A stretch of DNA of 63,253 nucleotides, counting the filler, from Globobulimina sp. (lineage: Eukaryota): assembly GCA_003354225.1 (NCBI GenBank). It is 38 parts of 38 records of this genome, joined end to end, with 100 filler letters (N's around TTAATTAATTAA, not from the genome) between each part and the next. Parts side by side here need not be neighbours in the genome. Positions count along the whole stretch, not along the records: positions 11,679 to 13,246 come from PIVH01014718.1; positions 13,347 to 14,914 come from PIVH01014719.1; positions 15,015 to 16,582 come from PIVH01014720.1; positions 16,683 to 18,250 come from PIVH01014721.1; positions 18,351 to 19,918 come from PIVH01014722.1; positions 20,019 to 21,586 come from PIVH01014723.1; positions 21,687 to 23,254 come from PIVH01014724.1; 31 more parts are not named here. One strand, 5' to 3'. The notes under the pieces are model-generated. The model saw only the letters and a list, made by a program, of their open reading frames with translations, made no database searches and had not been told where the DNA came from. Of this stretch, positions 11,680-23,354 are shown one piece after another (within the stretch, counting starts at the first letter, position 1; each line of letters begins with the position of its first letter). A program made the translations under genes and the position numbers.

Positions 11680-12999
11680 AAAGCTGGGGCAGGTACAATC
11701 CAGTCAATATTCAATGAAACAGAAAGCGGCACTCAACAATTGAGATTTATTAATGCGGCGCTTAAGAATGAATTGCAAAATGAAATATATTCAGCAACAC
11801 TTGGGAACAAAGCAAAATTGCAACACACATGGCATGAATTAAAAGGATGTCTGGAATCAGAATGTGCCAAAATAGATAAAAACAGAGATAATGTGATACC
11901 AATCATTGATATGAGCCGTTTGAATTGCAAATCATTGACAGATATCACATCCTCATTCATCGGCGATGTAGTTCGAGAAACGGGTGTTTTCATAGTAACC
12001 AATGTCATCGACGATTGGCTGATCACTGAATGGAAGGAAGAATTGCAAGAATATATAGATTTGAACACCAAAACAAATGGACACAAATTGTGCGGTTCGC
12101 CTGCTGACAATCCGCAGGTTTATGAGATTTATTGGAGCAAACCACAAATAAAAGCACGGCAACACCCAAATATGGTGAAAGCGATCTGTTTTGCAAATAA
12201 TTTGTGGTCATTTGATAAAAATAAATCCATCGATAACACAGTTGAGGTGCCACTGATGTACGCGGATAGACTGCGGATAAGACAGCCATTGGACGAATCC
12301 TTTGATTTTTTGGGAGCACACTTAGATTCCGGCTCTATCGAAAGATGGCAAGATGTGAATTATAGGGCATGTTATGAGGACATATTTGCATTAAATTGGA
12401 GGCAATATGATGGCTACGATGCGTCGCAAAGAATAAATGCTAAAATGGATTTGTATGAAACCGAGAATTGTTGCACGGCCTTCAGGGCATTCCAGGGCTG
12501 GTTGGCAATGACTGACATCGTGACAGGTAATGGGACATTGCGCGTATTGCCAAATTTGAAGGAAGCGACATCGTATTTGATGTTGAGGCCATTTGTTGAA
12601 GAAAATGGGGATTATTTACAGGATTGGAATTTTGCGGAAATATTTGGAGGATATGCTTTGAAATTGAAAGAGAAATACCATCAGATATTGATGGATGCCA
12701 TGGTGTCCATTCCGAGCGTGAATAGGGGTGATATGGTATTCTGGCATCCCGATATTATCCATGCCGTAGAAAAGAAGAATAAGTCGCCGACAGATGACAG
12801 CGCTGTCTTTTATATTCCAGCCTGTTTTGATTGTGATATAAATCGCAAATTTATGGACTTACAAAAAGAGACATTTTTAAATGGTTCTTCTCCGCCGGAT
12901 TTCCCTCAAACAAATTCTGAAATAGATTGGCAAAACAGAGCAACTATGAATGATTTAGATGTTTTGGGCAAATATATGATGCAGTTTAAAATCATGTAA
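11680..12999 (+). CDS. DUF1479 / Gig2 / YbiU-like 2OG-Fe(II) oxygenase (5' partial)
   Basis: PQVYEIYWSKPQIKARQHPNM, YADRLRIRQP, LGAHLDSGSIERW, FRAFQGWLA, GDMVFWHPDIIHAVE, PPDFP. Confidence 0.92.
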   Translation, partial: KAGAGTIQSIFNETESGTQQLRFINAALKNELQNEIYSATLGNKAKLQHTWHELKGCLESECAKIDKNRDNVIPIIDMSRLNCKSLTDITSSFIGDVVRETGVFIVTNVIDDWLITEWKEELQEYIDLNTKTNGHKLCGSPADNPQVYEIYWSKPQIKARQHPNMVKAICFANNLWSFDKNKSIDNTVEVPLMYADRLRIRQPLDESFDFLGAHLDSGSIERWQDVNYRACYEDIFALNWRQYDGYDASQRINAKMDLYETENCCTAFRAFQGWLAMTDIVTGNGTLRVLPNLKEATSYLMLRPFVEENGDYLQDWNFAEIFGGYALKLKEKYHQILMDAMVSIPSVNRGDMVFWHPDIIHAVEKKNKSPTDDSAVFYIPACFDCDINRKFMDLQKETFLNGSSPPDFPQTNSEIDWQNRATMNDLDVLGKYMMQFKIM

Positions 13000-13550
13000 A
13001 TATTATTTATTTGCAAATGAAGATGATCCTTTACATAATTTAAGTTGAACATATGCAGAATTTGTTGGAGTAAAGGATAGCATGGAACAGAGGATATAAG
13101 GAAAGTGCGCATAATTTGTTTCTTGTTGCCATTGATGTTTTTATTTCAACTGTAAAGTAACCCAAAACTTGTTAACAATCCATACAAAAAGCACTGCCTT
13201 GTCGGTGTTGACGCAAAGTCGCACAAAATAAGCAAAGCAAAAATGGNNNNNNNNNNNNNNNNNNNNNNNNNNNNNNNNNNNNNNNNNNNNTTAATTAATT
13301 AANNNNNNNNNNNNNNNNNNNNNNNNNNNNNNNNNNNNNNNNNNNNTTTGGGTTCCAAAAACAATAACTGGTGTAAAAGTATATATGCAAGCGAAAAAAA
13401 CGGCAGCCGGAATGGATCAACCGGTTTATTTGCGGGAGGACCACACGCCGAGGCGACGATAGATGACGTTGCGAATAGCGCAACGATCCAACATGCGGAA
13501 CGAACGCGTCCTGTTGTTTTGAAGTGGTAACTCACGGTTTGGTCACGTGA

Positions 13551-14768
13551 TCACGCAGGCTTGATCATGAAGGCGATGATCAGATCGCAGAATTTGGCTT
13601 CAAACAAATTGCAAAGTTAACCTATCATACAAAACAAGTCAATGCCGTGGCATGGAATGAAAACGGAGATGAATTGGTCACCTCCGGCGATGATAAAATG
13701 ATAGCAATCTGGACACAAGACACAAAATACGATTATTTATCCAATAGCAACAAGCCATCCTTTGGCGAAACAATGATATTTAGAGAGAAATGGTTGCCAT
13801 TAAAGAAAATCCGTGGACCATTGGCCGAAGTATCGGATATTAAATATATAAATAACAGCAAAGATATAATTGTGTCATCGTTAGATGGCAGCATTGCTTT
13901 TTATAATATTAAAAAACAGCAACATTTACACACGATTTCATTACATAAAAATATACAATTTGTTCAGGGAATATCTGCGGATTATACCTCCAATTTGTTA
14001 GCCATACAAACAAATACATCGTCAGCCAAAGTATATAGATTTATTAAAAAACACAAAAATAAGAAAAATAAACATCACCGATCGAATAGATACAATACGA
14101 CCCAATTTTGTTCATTATCGCATTATCCATTCTCTGTCAAAGAAGCACAGCAACAAAAAGTATATGATGCACAGTACAAACAGGAAAAAAAAGAAATGGA
14201 AAGAGTGGAAATGGAAAATAATAATAACAATACAAACAACAAAGCCACAAAAAAAGCAAAAACGAAAAAAAAAAGAATTTCAAAATGTCCATTATTTAAA
14301 CAAAACTTGCCAACAACCTCCAGACAACCGGATTGGTCCTCGGATGGGCTGTTATTAGCAATGGTTGCTGGTCAATCGAAGGATAAATCAAATAATTGTA
14401 TTCATGTATTTCATCGCTCAAATTTAACAAAAAAAGTAACGACCATTGTGTTGCCAGAGTCGAGTCATGCGACTTGTGTCAGATTTAATCCTTTAAAATT
14501 AAAAATAAATGGAGAGGATGTCGATAAAGGATCGATTGTTGATAAGTATGGGATTAAATATAAGATGTTGTTTGCGATAATCTGTGGATCGGAATTATTT
14601 ATATTTGATACATCGAAAAATAATGCGGTTTTTTACTGGAAAGATCAAGATACACAAAATTTCTTTGATATGGAATGGAGTTTTGATGGCAAAGCGTTAT
14701 TAATATCGGATTTTGAAGGATTTATAACACGGATATCTCTCAGAGATGAAGATGTGATCTCAATTTGA
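13551..14768 (+). CDS. WD40 histone chaperone, CAF-1 p60 (CHAF1B/Cac2)/HIRA-like (5' truncated)
   Basis: LTYHTKQVNAVAW, SGDD..IW, EKW..KKIRG, FVQG, WSSDGLLL, VRFNP, YKMLFAI, DMEWSFDG. Confidence 0.75.
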   Translation, partial: SRRLDHEGDDQIAEFGFKQIAKLTYHTKQVNAVAWNENGDELVTSGDDKMIAIWTQDTKYDYLSNSNKPSFGETMIFREKWLPLKKIRGPLAEVSDIKYINNSKDIIVSSLDGSIAFYNIKKQQHLHTISLHKNIQFVQGISADYTSNLLAIQTNTSSAKVYRFIKKHKNKKNKHHRSNRYNTTQFCSLSHYPFSVKEAQQQKVYDAQYKQEKKEMERVEMENNNNNTNNKATKKAKTKKKRISKCPLFKQNLPTTSRQPDWSSDGLLLAMVAGQSKDKSNNCIHVFHRSNLTKKVTTIVLPESSHATCVRFNPLKLKINGEDVDKGSIVDKYGIKYKMLFAIICGSELFIFDTSKNNAVFYWKDQDTQNFFDMEWSFDGKALLISDFEGFITRISLRDEDVISI

Positions 14769-15014
14769 TAATTACTTATTTCTATATTTTTTTATTTAAA
14801 GTAAGAGCGTACCGGTTTTATTTCATACTATCACTATACAGACACAGAATATATTTAATTATAGCGTTTCTGTGCTGTTTTCCCGATAGCTTTTAAGGAG
14901 TGATCATTTGCTCCNNNNNNNNNNNNNNNNNNNNNNNNNNNNNNNNNNNNNNNNNNNNTTAATTAATTAANNNNNNNNNNNNNNNNNNNNNNNNNNNNNN
15001 NNNNNNNNNNNNNN

Positions 15015-16582
15015 GACTCTTTAACAAATATGGTTTTATCTGCAATGGTTACTTCGGGATATGGTGTTTGTTTGCGCGGTTTAGTCTCATTAAAATTCAT
15101 ATGATCGCGATGACTGTTACCATGTATGCCTCTATAATCACTCCCCGCATCAGATGGTTCAGATGATCCCGGTGGATCGGGTGGATTTCCGGCTCTGCGA
15201 CGTTCCCTATGACTTGGTATTTGTGGGTTGTTGTTTGATTGTACTTTTTGTTTCTTTGGCAACTCATTTACACTACATGAATGACATTGTGATTGCGGAC
15301 GGCTGTGTCGATTTGACGCAGCGCCACGGTTGTCATATGCGTTTGATTGTGGCAACATATAATCATGACCCGCCAAGTCGATGGGGATCTGTTGACTATG
15401 TTGACTTGCGTTTTGAACACATCTATGCGAAGTAAACTCTTGACTCAATGGGGGTATGACAGGGGACTGATCGATCTGATCTACATGGAATGATTTTACC
15501 CCAATTTTACCTGTGTCCTTTACCAAAGGTGGTTGAGGAATCGGTGCCACAGTGCGAATCGATGTAGATGAATACTGAGTATCTTTAGATACATTTTGAC
15601 CGATTTGTGTTGGACCAATTTGACATTGAGGCTTCACATGTTGTTTAACAATAACATCTTTCTTACCCAATTGACTTGTGTCTTTGAAAACAGATTGGGG
15701 TGGAGGAATGTCCTGAAAAGAATGATGTGATTGTTTACTACTATTACTAATTCTTGATTGTGATCGACTTTTTGCTTGTGCATTATCCCATTCAATTTGT
15801 AGTATACGTGCCTCTATCTCTTTGTTATAATCAGTCAAAATATTTTGATTACTCAATAACACCGATTGATTCCGCGATAATTTGCCGACTTGTGACACTG
15901 CTACGTTTTTTTGTTTACGTAGTTCGCCAATTTTAGCATCTTTCTCAACTAATCGATCTTGATACAACCCTTCGAGATCGTTTTGCCCCAATGTGGTATT
16001 CTGTAAATCGGTTTGAGCCTGCGCATTGATTAGTTTTAACTTCGCATTTTCGTCACGCAAACGATCGGCTTCTTTTCGAGCGTCCGAATCGGTAGAAGTG
16101 CCTGCAGGTTGTTCTACATTTTGATTTGCTGAATGACTGCGCGCTGCAGCACTAGAACGACCGCCAAATAAACCCGAAAATGGATTGGCAAAGCTCATTT
16201 TAGACGACGTAGCTTTTGGTTTGCCTGGGCCCCCTGACGACGACAATAATATAAGTGTGGGGTCCAAGTCGACTGTTGGATTAGTTGGTGAATAATTTGA
16301 CGGTTCATCTGCCTTTTTGGCCGTATAAAAAGGTTGGGGTCCATCGACGATTGTATTATCCCCCGATTTAACCAAAGAATCCCCTTTTGGGGTTGTATTA
16401 TTCGATGTATTTTCGGCAAAAAGCGACGGCGCCAAAAGTACGTCATCTGGACTAATAACAACACTTTGCTTCACTACATTTTCGCTTTTAGACGCTTGGT
16501 CGTCGACCGAACTCGATAAATTTGGCGTTTCTTGTTCTAAATCACGATTTCCGGCTACTTTAGGTGCCCGTTTATTTCTTGA
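15015..16582 (-). CDS. Long low-complexity ORF with coiled coil, open across the contig; possibly a retroelement gag-like N-terminus
   Basis: Stop-free and intron-free; Ser/Gln/Pro-rich; NPPDPPGSS motif; no catalytic motif seen. Confidence 0.4.
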
Positions 16583-16682
16583 NNNNNNNNNNNNNNNNNN
16601 NNNNNNNNNNNNNNNNNNNNNNNNNNTTAATTAATTAANNNNNNNNNNNNNNNNNNNNNNNNNNNNNNNNNNNNNNNNNNNN

Positions 16683-17731
16683 ATAATTTGAAATCTTTCA
16701 AACATTAAGAAATTAAATTGAACAATTTCTGTAAAACAAAGCAAACATTCCATCGAAAATTCTTTCGCCAAATGTTGCATAAATAATTTATATGTCTTTG
16801 GGTTTGCTAATATTGTACCTAATTTATATGGAATTGACTGAGAATCCACACTATGCACAGCCGCGAATTGCAATTTTTGTTTCAATTCTTCCTTACGAAT
16901 TTTGCTTGGAAAATAAACAAATGATACTGCCGCAATGCTGGCGAATAAAGCAGTGCCACCAAAGTTGGTCATCATCATTGTTAAGACATGCGAACTAAAA
17001 TAGCCATACGTTACGGCAACAACTGTAAAAAACATGGCAGCAAACATCGCAATACACACTTTTCGAAGTTCTTCCCGCACAAAAAAATAATCGCGATACG
17101 GAGGGATCTTCCAACATAAAATTATAATCGCTGTCATAATAAAATTATGTGACATTGTGGAGACACCATGGCCAACGATGACATAATATGGGGTACCAAT
17201 GGTGCATTGATAAGCGGTGCAGGTTATTAATACGGCCACGATATAATATATAAGGACAATTTTTTTTGTATATGCAGATGAACCATAATCTTTTTTATGC
17301 GTTAACCAGAAATTATGTGCCACCAATGATGGATCCAAATGATATTTCCATGCACTATTTTGCTGTGACGAGGAATGTTTTAAATCGAAAAAAATATGCC
17401 AAAATCTCCACGCAATCGCTAAAAAACAGCCGATAGTGCCGATGGGATAAAACAATGTGTTTAGACGATCGAATATCATTTGTGTTTCCCCTTTAAATTG
17501 ATTAAGTTCAGCAAAAGCAATGCACATTATTGGTAATGTAATTGCGAACCAATAAAAAATACAAATTCCGGCAATTTTTAATATTTTGGGATGTCTTTTT
17601 TGAACGAGTATGGAATGAGACAATGCATTTAATTGAACATAACAGTATATAATATATGGTGCAATAATACAGCATAATATTTCTTCAATAATAACAACAG
17701 TTATACGCACTGAGTTGGGTACGTTAAGCAT
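16683..17731 (-). CDS. 7TM-RGS protein (3' partial)
   Basis: Seven hydrophobic segments, KRHP after TM1, DYFFVREEL, then RGS start LGTILANP..FMQHLAKEFSMECLLCF.EI..F. Confidence 0.88.
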
Positions 17732-18350
17732 TATAAACGTTTTTTGAACTTCAGTGGGAAGATTGCAAACGTTTTTTTTAAATGTTTATTTTTTCTGACG
17801 TTGAAAACTAAACCTGCCCTTAGATTCTTTTCATATTATATTAATGCAATGAAAAATCCTATAATTAAAAACTAAAAAGTAAAAGCGATCAAAAATATTT
17901 ATTTTTATTTTTGCGGAACACCATATCAAAACATAAGCAGGGACACCATGTTTTGCAATGACTCGCACCCTACACTTTTGTTTGAAAAAGACTGTTTTTT
18001 ACAAAATCATGTCATCGTTCCCTTTTGTTTCAGAACCTGAATGCAGTTGGTACACGTCCAGAATTGATGGTACAAGCTGGAAACAATCTTATTTTAACGA
18101 AAGGAGAAGAAAAGTTAATAAAAGAACAGTGTGCAAACTAGTATGATACAATATGAATTTTTATGTATAATTTTTAAAATAATGAAAAGTTAACGTATAA
18201 AAATGTGTTACTTTTTCATGCAAAAACAAGCCTAATCATACTGTTTTTTTNNNNNNNNNNNNNNNNNNNNNNNNNNNNNNNNNNNNNNNNNNNNTTAATT
18301 AATTAANNNNNNNNNNNNNNNNNNNNNNNNNNNNNNNNNNNNNNNNNNNN

Positions 18351-19267
18351 AATGCATGAATCAAATCGAAAAAGATCTCTGTCGATCGTTTAGGTGCAAA
18401 GACATGATTGTCAAATATAAGCATAAATTGCGAAGAATATTAATTGCATATTCTAACTTTAACCGTTCCATCCCATACACACAAGGCATGAATTACATCG
18501 CCGCATTTACTCTGAAACAATATTTTGAAAAAGCTCCAGCAATCAAGTTCGTAGAGGATGAGAGCGACAACAAAGTTGAAAATGAAATTATCACTGAATA
18601 CTGGTTGAACTGTATCGAGGAGCAAACTTTTTGGACATTTGCTGCGATAATGTCCAAAATTGGGACATTGTTTTGTCACGATCTAGGTTTGAATTTTATT
18701 TCTTATTGTTGATAAATGCTCATTTGACAACATTTGACAGTGGGCTTTCATAAATCGGTGGAATGCTTTACAAAAATTTTCAATTACCATGGCCCAAACG
18801 ATTTGGTGTGCCATTTAAATGCAGAAAATGTGTACGTGACTATATTTACTGTATGGTATCACACATTATTTACTCATCCCGCAATGAATGAAAATATGGG
18901 CAAACGCATTTGGGATATTTTCATTGTGGAACAAATGGATTTTTCCATCATTTTGAAGATATCATATTTGGTATTGATCCGACATAAAACCACTTTGTTG
19001 AAGAAGGATTTTATTGCCATTACAGAGTTTTGCAAATCGAGCCAATGCTTTGTTTTTGGTGGCAGTGACGATCACGAATTGATTTATAGAGCATCCAAGT
19101 TGCAGCTCAACGAATTGTATCTGAAACCTATAAGGAACTTAAGATACATTCAAGTGCTCGATTTGGAGCGCGATGATGTTGTGAATGATAGAAAGGAAAA
19201 AAATGGGAATAGCAATGGGATGTATTTGTATAATAAATTGTGGTCTTTTTTAAAATTTTATGGTTAA
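18351..19267 (+). CDS. TBC-domain Rab GAP; intron 18687-18740 (5' partial)
   Basis: QIEKDLCRS (R-finger), YTQGMNYIA (Q-finger), WYHTLF, RIWDIF. Confidence 0.92.
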
Positions 19268-19479
19268 AATAATCCAAATGAGCGAATATTGTATTAAACG
19301 TATACAAGAATATATAAATAATGTAAAATATTTACGTCTCTTGATTTGTAAGGTAATTCTTGAAATTTCCATTGTAATATTTAATATTTATAGCAACTGT
19401 TTCTCAAATTACATTTTGATGATCGGGTTATTATGTTTTTGCAGCTCAGATTTTTCTAGAAGCCAATAGCGAAGAAACA

Positions 19480-19918
19480 ATGGCTGACACAACACAACAA
19501 TTAATGCCAGAGTTCAATTCATGGATATCAGATTTAGAATTATCATCACCATCAATGTTAGAAACCAAAGTGGATGAAATTTGTAAGGGAGTTGAAGATC
19601 GGTTAAACCCCAAAAATGAAATAGAATACATTCGTGTAATGCAATCACATTTATTATTGGAAGTTTGGTCGCAAATTCGAATCTTTATCGCAGAGCAATA
19701 TCAAAAAAATGAATTCTTTTCCAATGCACAAATAACGAAATTAAATCACAATCAAAACAAAAACAATAATCCAAATCGAAGACATAAAAAAAATGTGAAA
19801 AAAACACCATTTATAAAACATACCTACACTGCATTCCTTACTATCAAACCACATCACAATTCTTATAATAATAACATACAAATTCCATGCCAATCCTATT
19901 TATTATTACTGTGGAAAA
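19480..19918 (+). CDS. Unknown eukaryotic protein (3' partial)
   Basis: ATG-initiated ORF open to contig end, Asn-rich like other host genes. Confidence 0.5.
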
Positions 19919-21344
19919 NNNNNNNNNNNNNNNNNNNNNNNNNNNNNNNNNNNNNNNNNNNNTTAATTAATTAANNNNNNNNNNNNNNNNNNNNNNNNNN
20001 NNNNNNNNNNNNNNNNNNGATATGGTATCAATTGAAGCCGATGGCAAATATTTTTGTAATGATGACTGCTTATTAAAGTACATTAAATCAACAATGATCC
20101 AGTGTTCCGATGGAAACGGTACTGCAGAATTTGTGCGAGAGAATGGTTCTCGTTTTGAAGGACAATGGTTTTGTAAAGTTCATTTTGAGGAATGTTGTGT
20201 GAATAGTACACAAATATGAGAGCTATCAATGTCTGTATTGTGTTTTGTTTGTGTAGATCGTGGTTTTAAGGTGATGTGAGCCAAGATAACATTTAGTTGT
20301 CTTGCTTTGCTTTGCATATTTTATTTAATATTATTGTGGCTCTTTCCATCCGTTCCGAGCCGCGCAAAAAAACATATTTTACGGCAAATGTTTGTCGATC
20401 AGTCGATTTGTTTGAATTGCGGCTGCCTCAGTGGACAGTGCATGAAGTTTATGATTATATTTGACAGAGTTTTTAAAAAATGAGTACTTTTCGGAGAGGC
20501 CTATTGAAAGAAACGCATTAAACGATATATTCCAAAAGATAACCACCTTCTGGTCGATAAGTTGTATACATTTTATTCAATTATCTGAGAAACGCTACTT
20601 CTGTTTGTATACGATACTTCTGAATTTTCCACAGTACTAACTTTTTTTGCCACGTGTACCTTGCCACCATCGCAGTTTAGTATAGTCCATGGAAAGAAAT
20701 AGAAACTGATTTAAATACGACATTTATATTATATGCATTCCACGTGCGATGTGATTACGATAACACTCAAAAATGATTACTAATTAACTAACCATTAAAA
20801 ACGATGATTGATATTAGTATCAAAATATTCGTATCATGCAAGAGAAATATATCACGCTACAACGCACATTCGCATTCATCAAATCATTCGCATTGATATC
20901 ATCCACGACATTTTCGACCGTAACTCGGTGCTATGATTGCTACCAAACAATCAATCGTAACTCAGGTGTCTATAGTTTGAAACTGAAAAAAAACACGCAT
21001 TTTTTCAGCATATCGGTTGGAACTGAAATAAGATAAATTATTCGGTTTCAAACTAAAAAACATGTAAAATTACACACATTAATGTATACAAAACATATGC
21101 ATCCGACATAAAATAACGACAACATATTTATTCACAACATGTGCATTGGCCTAAATACGTAATTTTTGAATGCTATCACATCCACAATGCAATGAATGCA
21201 TATAATATAATATAACATGGCTAAACATGCTTTGCATTATGTATATGCTTACAAATCAATACAGTTTGTCGTATAAAATCTGAGATTGTCCGTACGTCCG
21301 CTCTCAAAGTTTTCTTTTTCGTGAACAGGAACAGTGAATACGCG

Positions 21345-21586
21345 ATGGGCAATAAACAGTCAAAAGAAAACAAACAACGCTCAGTGCCACCAACACAAAC
21401 AAACAAACAAAACGATGATGCTTCAAAACCATTAATCGACTTTGATATTTTTTTAGAGAGCAAAACAAACGAAACGGATAATGAGAGTGATGAATGTCGG
21501 CAGAAAGCAAATGACTGCAAAGCAATAAAGCGAGTGATTGCGGGGTTGATTTATTATGAAATATTAAATGAGGACAGCAGCGGTCA
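21345..21586 (+). CDS. Unknown protein with probable N-myristoylation start (3' partial)
   Basis: MGNKQSK fits MGxxxS; open to contig end. Confidence 0.55.
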
Positions 21587-21686
21587 NNNNNNNNNNNNNN
21601 NNNNNNNNNNNNNNNNNNNNNNNNNNNNNNTTAATTAATTAANNNNNNNNNNNNNNNNNNNNNNNNNNNNNNNNNNNNNNNNNNNN

Positions 21687-23254
21687 AACTTATTATATAA
21701 TTTCTCAATTACTAAGCACCACTCATTTATTTAATATTATAGTCTTTATTTTGTATTAAATATCGAAGCAAAGCAGCTTGTAATTCTGCAGATTCATCAC
21801 TGCTGAAACTTACTCCTTTAATGTGCCACAAGCCAGTCATTATTCTCGTATGTGGCAAATATTTGTAATACCAATCCAACACTTTAAACACAGCTTGCAT
21901 TTGTTGGGAAGAATAATTAATCACAGAATGTTCATCAAAAAACCATTCCATATAGAAATTAATTCGAACACAACTGGGATTTATCTCTGTCACCAATTCC
22001 ATTGTCTGTGCAAAGTCCTTTTCATCCCACGGCAGCTTATCCGTACCATCTCCAAATCTATCCAATGGATATTGATTATATCCAATACATAAATTATTAA
22101 CTGTCAGTGGTAAATGCTCACATTGCATACAAGAAGAATCTTCATACTCACTCATATATTTATACTTATATTCATCATCAGTTATCCCATTATACCAATC
22201 ACTAAATACATCTAATAAAATCCTGCCATTTATTGCAATTTCATTAAAACAACCAGTGTGGACATAACATTTAAATAACCATAAACCATTGACATTATTT
22301 GACCAATTGCTGTGGAACAACGCTTTGATATCGTTTTCTAAATCAATGCTGTGTTGAATAATTTTATCAATATTTCTATCAACAACTTGATTATCAATTT
22401 GCCATCGATCCATCACTGAACCAACTACAAATAATGGTATATTGATATATTTAATGATATTTAATCCAAACATGCATTTATATCCTTCATTTTTAATGCA
22501 TTCTTCATTGATGGATAGTGACACATTCATTGTATCATAAATCCATTTCATAGCTTGTTTATATTGGCCGATTTCTGGAAATATTCCGCTGTCAATCAAG
22601 CCAACGATTTTATATTTGTGTTGCAGCTTATTTGTTTTATCTAAATCCTGTATTAATTTATTTATATTATCAATATGCAAATATACAGACAAACCACCAG
22701 CTGATTCGCCAGCTATTATGATATCACTGCTCATATTTAATCCTTTATTGTAATATAAATGTTTTATAAACGATTGTAATATACGATATCCTCTATAATA
22801 TAATTTTATTTTTTCTCCTTTGTTGTTTGTTACGCTTATTGGTTGTGATAAATCCGATGAATATGAACTGCCACAACAATATCTTAAAATTGCGGTATTC
22901 CAATTGCTTATTATTTGTTAAATACCCTTTTCCATTCCAATTCGTATCAATACTATTTGGAATCCATTTATTTTTATTTTTTGATCCCAATGATGTCAGT
23001 GATCGTTGATAACATGAGTCCAGTCCAGGAGCAATATCTACTTCGCCATTATTAGAGTGACACCATCCTCCACCTTCAAACCAAATCAGAAATTTATTTC
23101 TATTTAAATTAATGCCATCTGGAAAGTAATACACTGGAACTGACCCATCCAAGCATTTCGCACCTTCATTCTCAGCATAATTAGTTAATGGTATAATGTA
23201 AGCTGGTGATTCAATATCGTCAACAACTCTGTTAGCATGATGTTACTTGTGAAA
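21687..23254 (-). pseudogene. Pectin-acetylesterase/Notum-family hydrolase fused to a glycoside-hydrolase-like domain; frameshifted
   Basis: AKCLDGS..FEGGGWC..SLGS, frameshift at ~22901-22906, then NWN..RYCCGSS..LYYRG..AGESAGG..DSG..DRWQ..HT; second break at 21727. Confidence 0.78.
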
Positions 23255-23354
23255 NNNNNNNNNNNNNNNNNNNNNNNNNNNNNNNNNNNNNNNNNNNNTT
23301 AATTAATTAANNNNNNNNNNNNNNNNNNNNNNNNNNNNNNNNNNNNNNNNNNNN

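Noticed and set aside
21720-21735. Euplotes-like AAA-TAA programmed frameshifting
   Set aside because: Only one site fits; the other frameshifts are not at stops, and several genes end normally in AAA-TAA.
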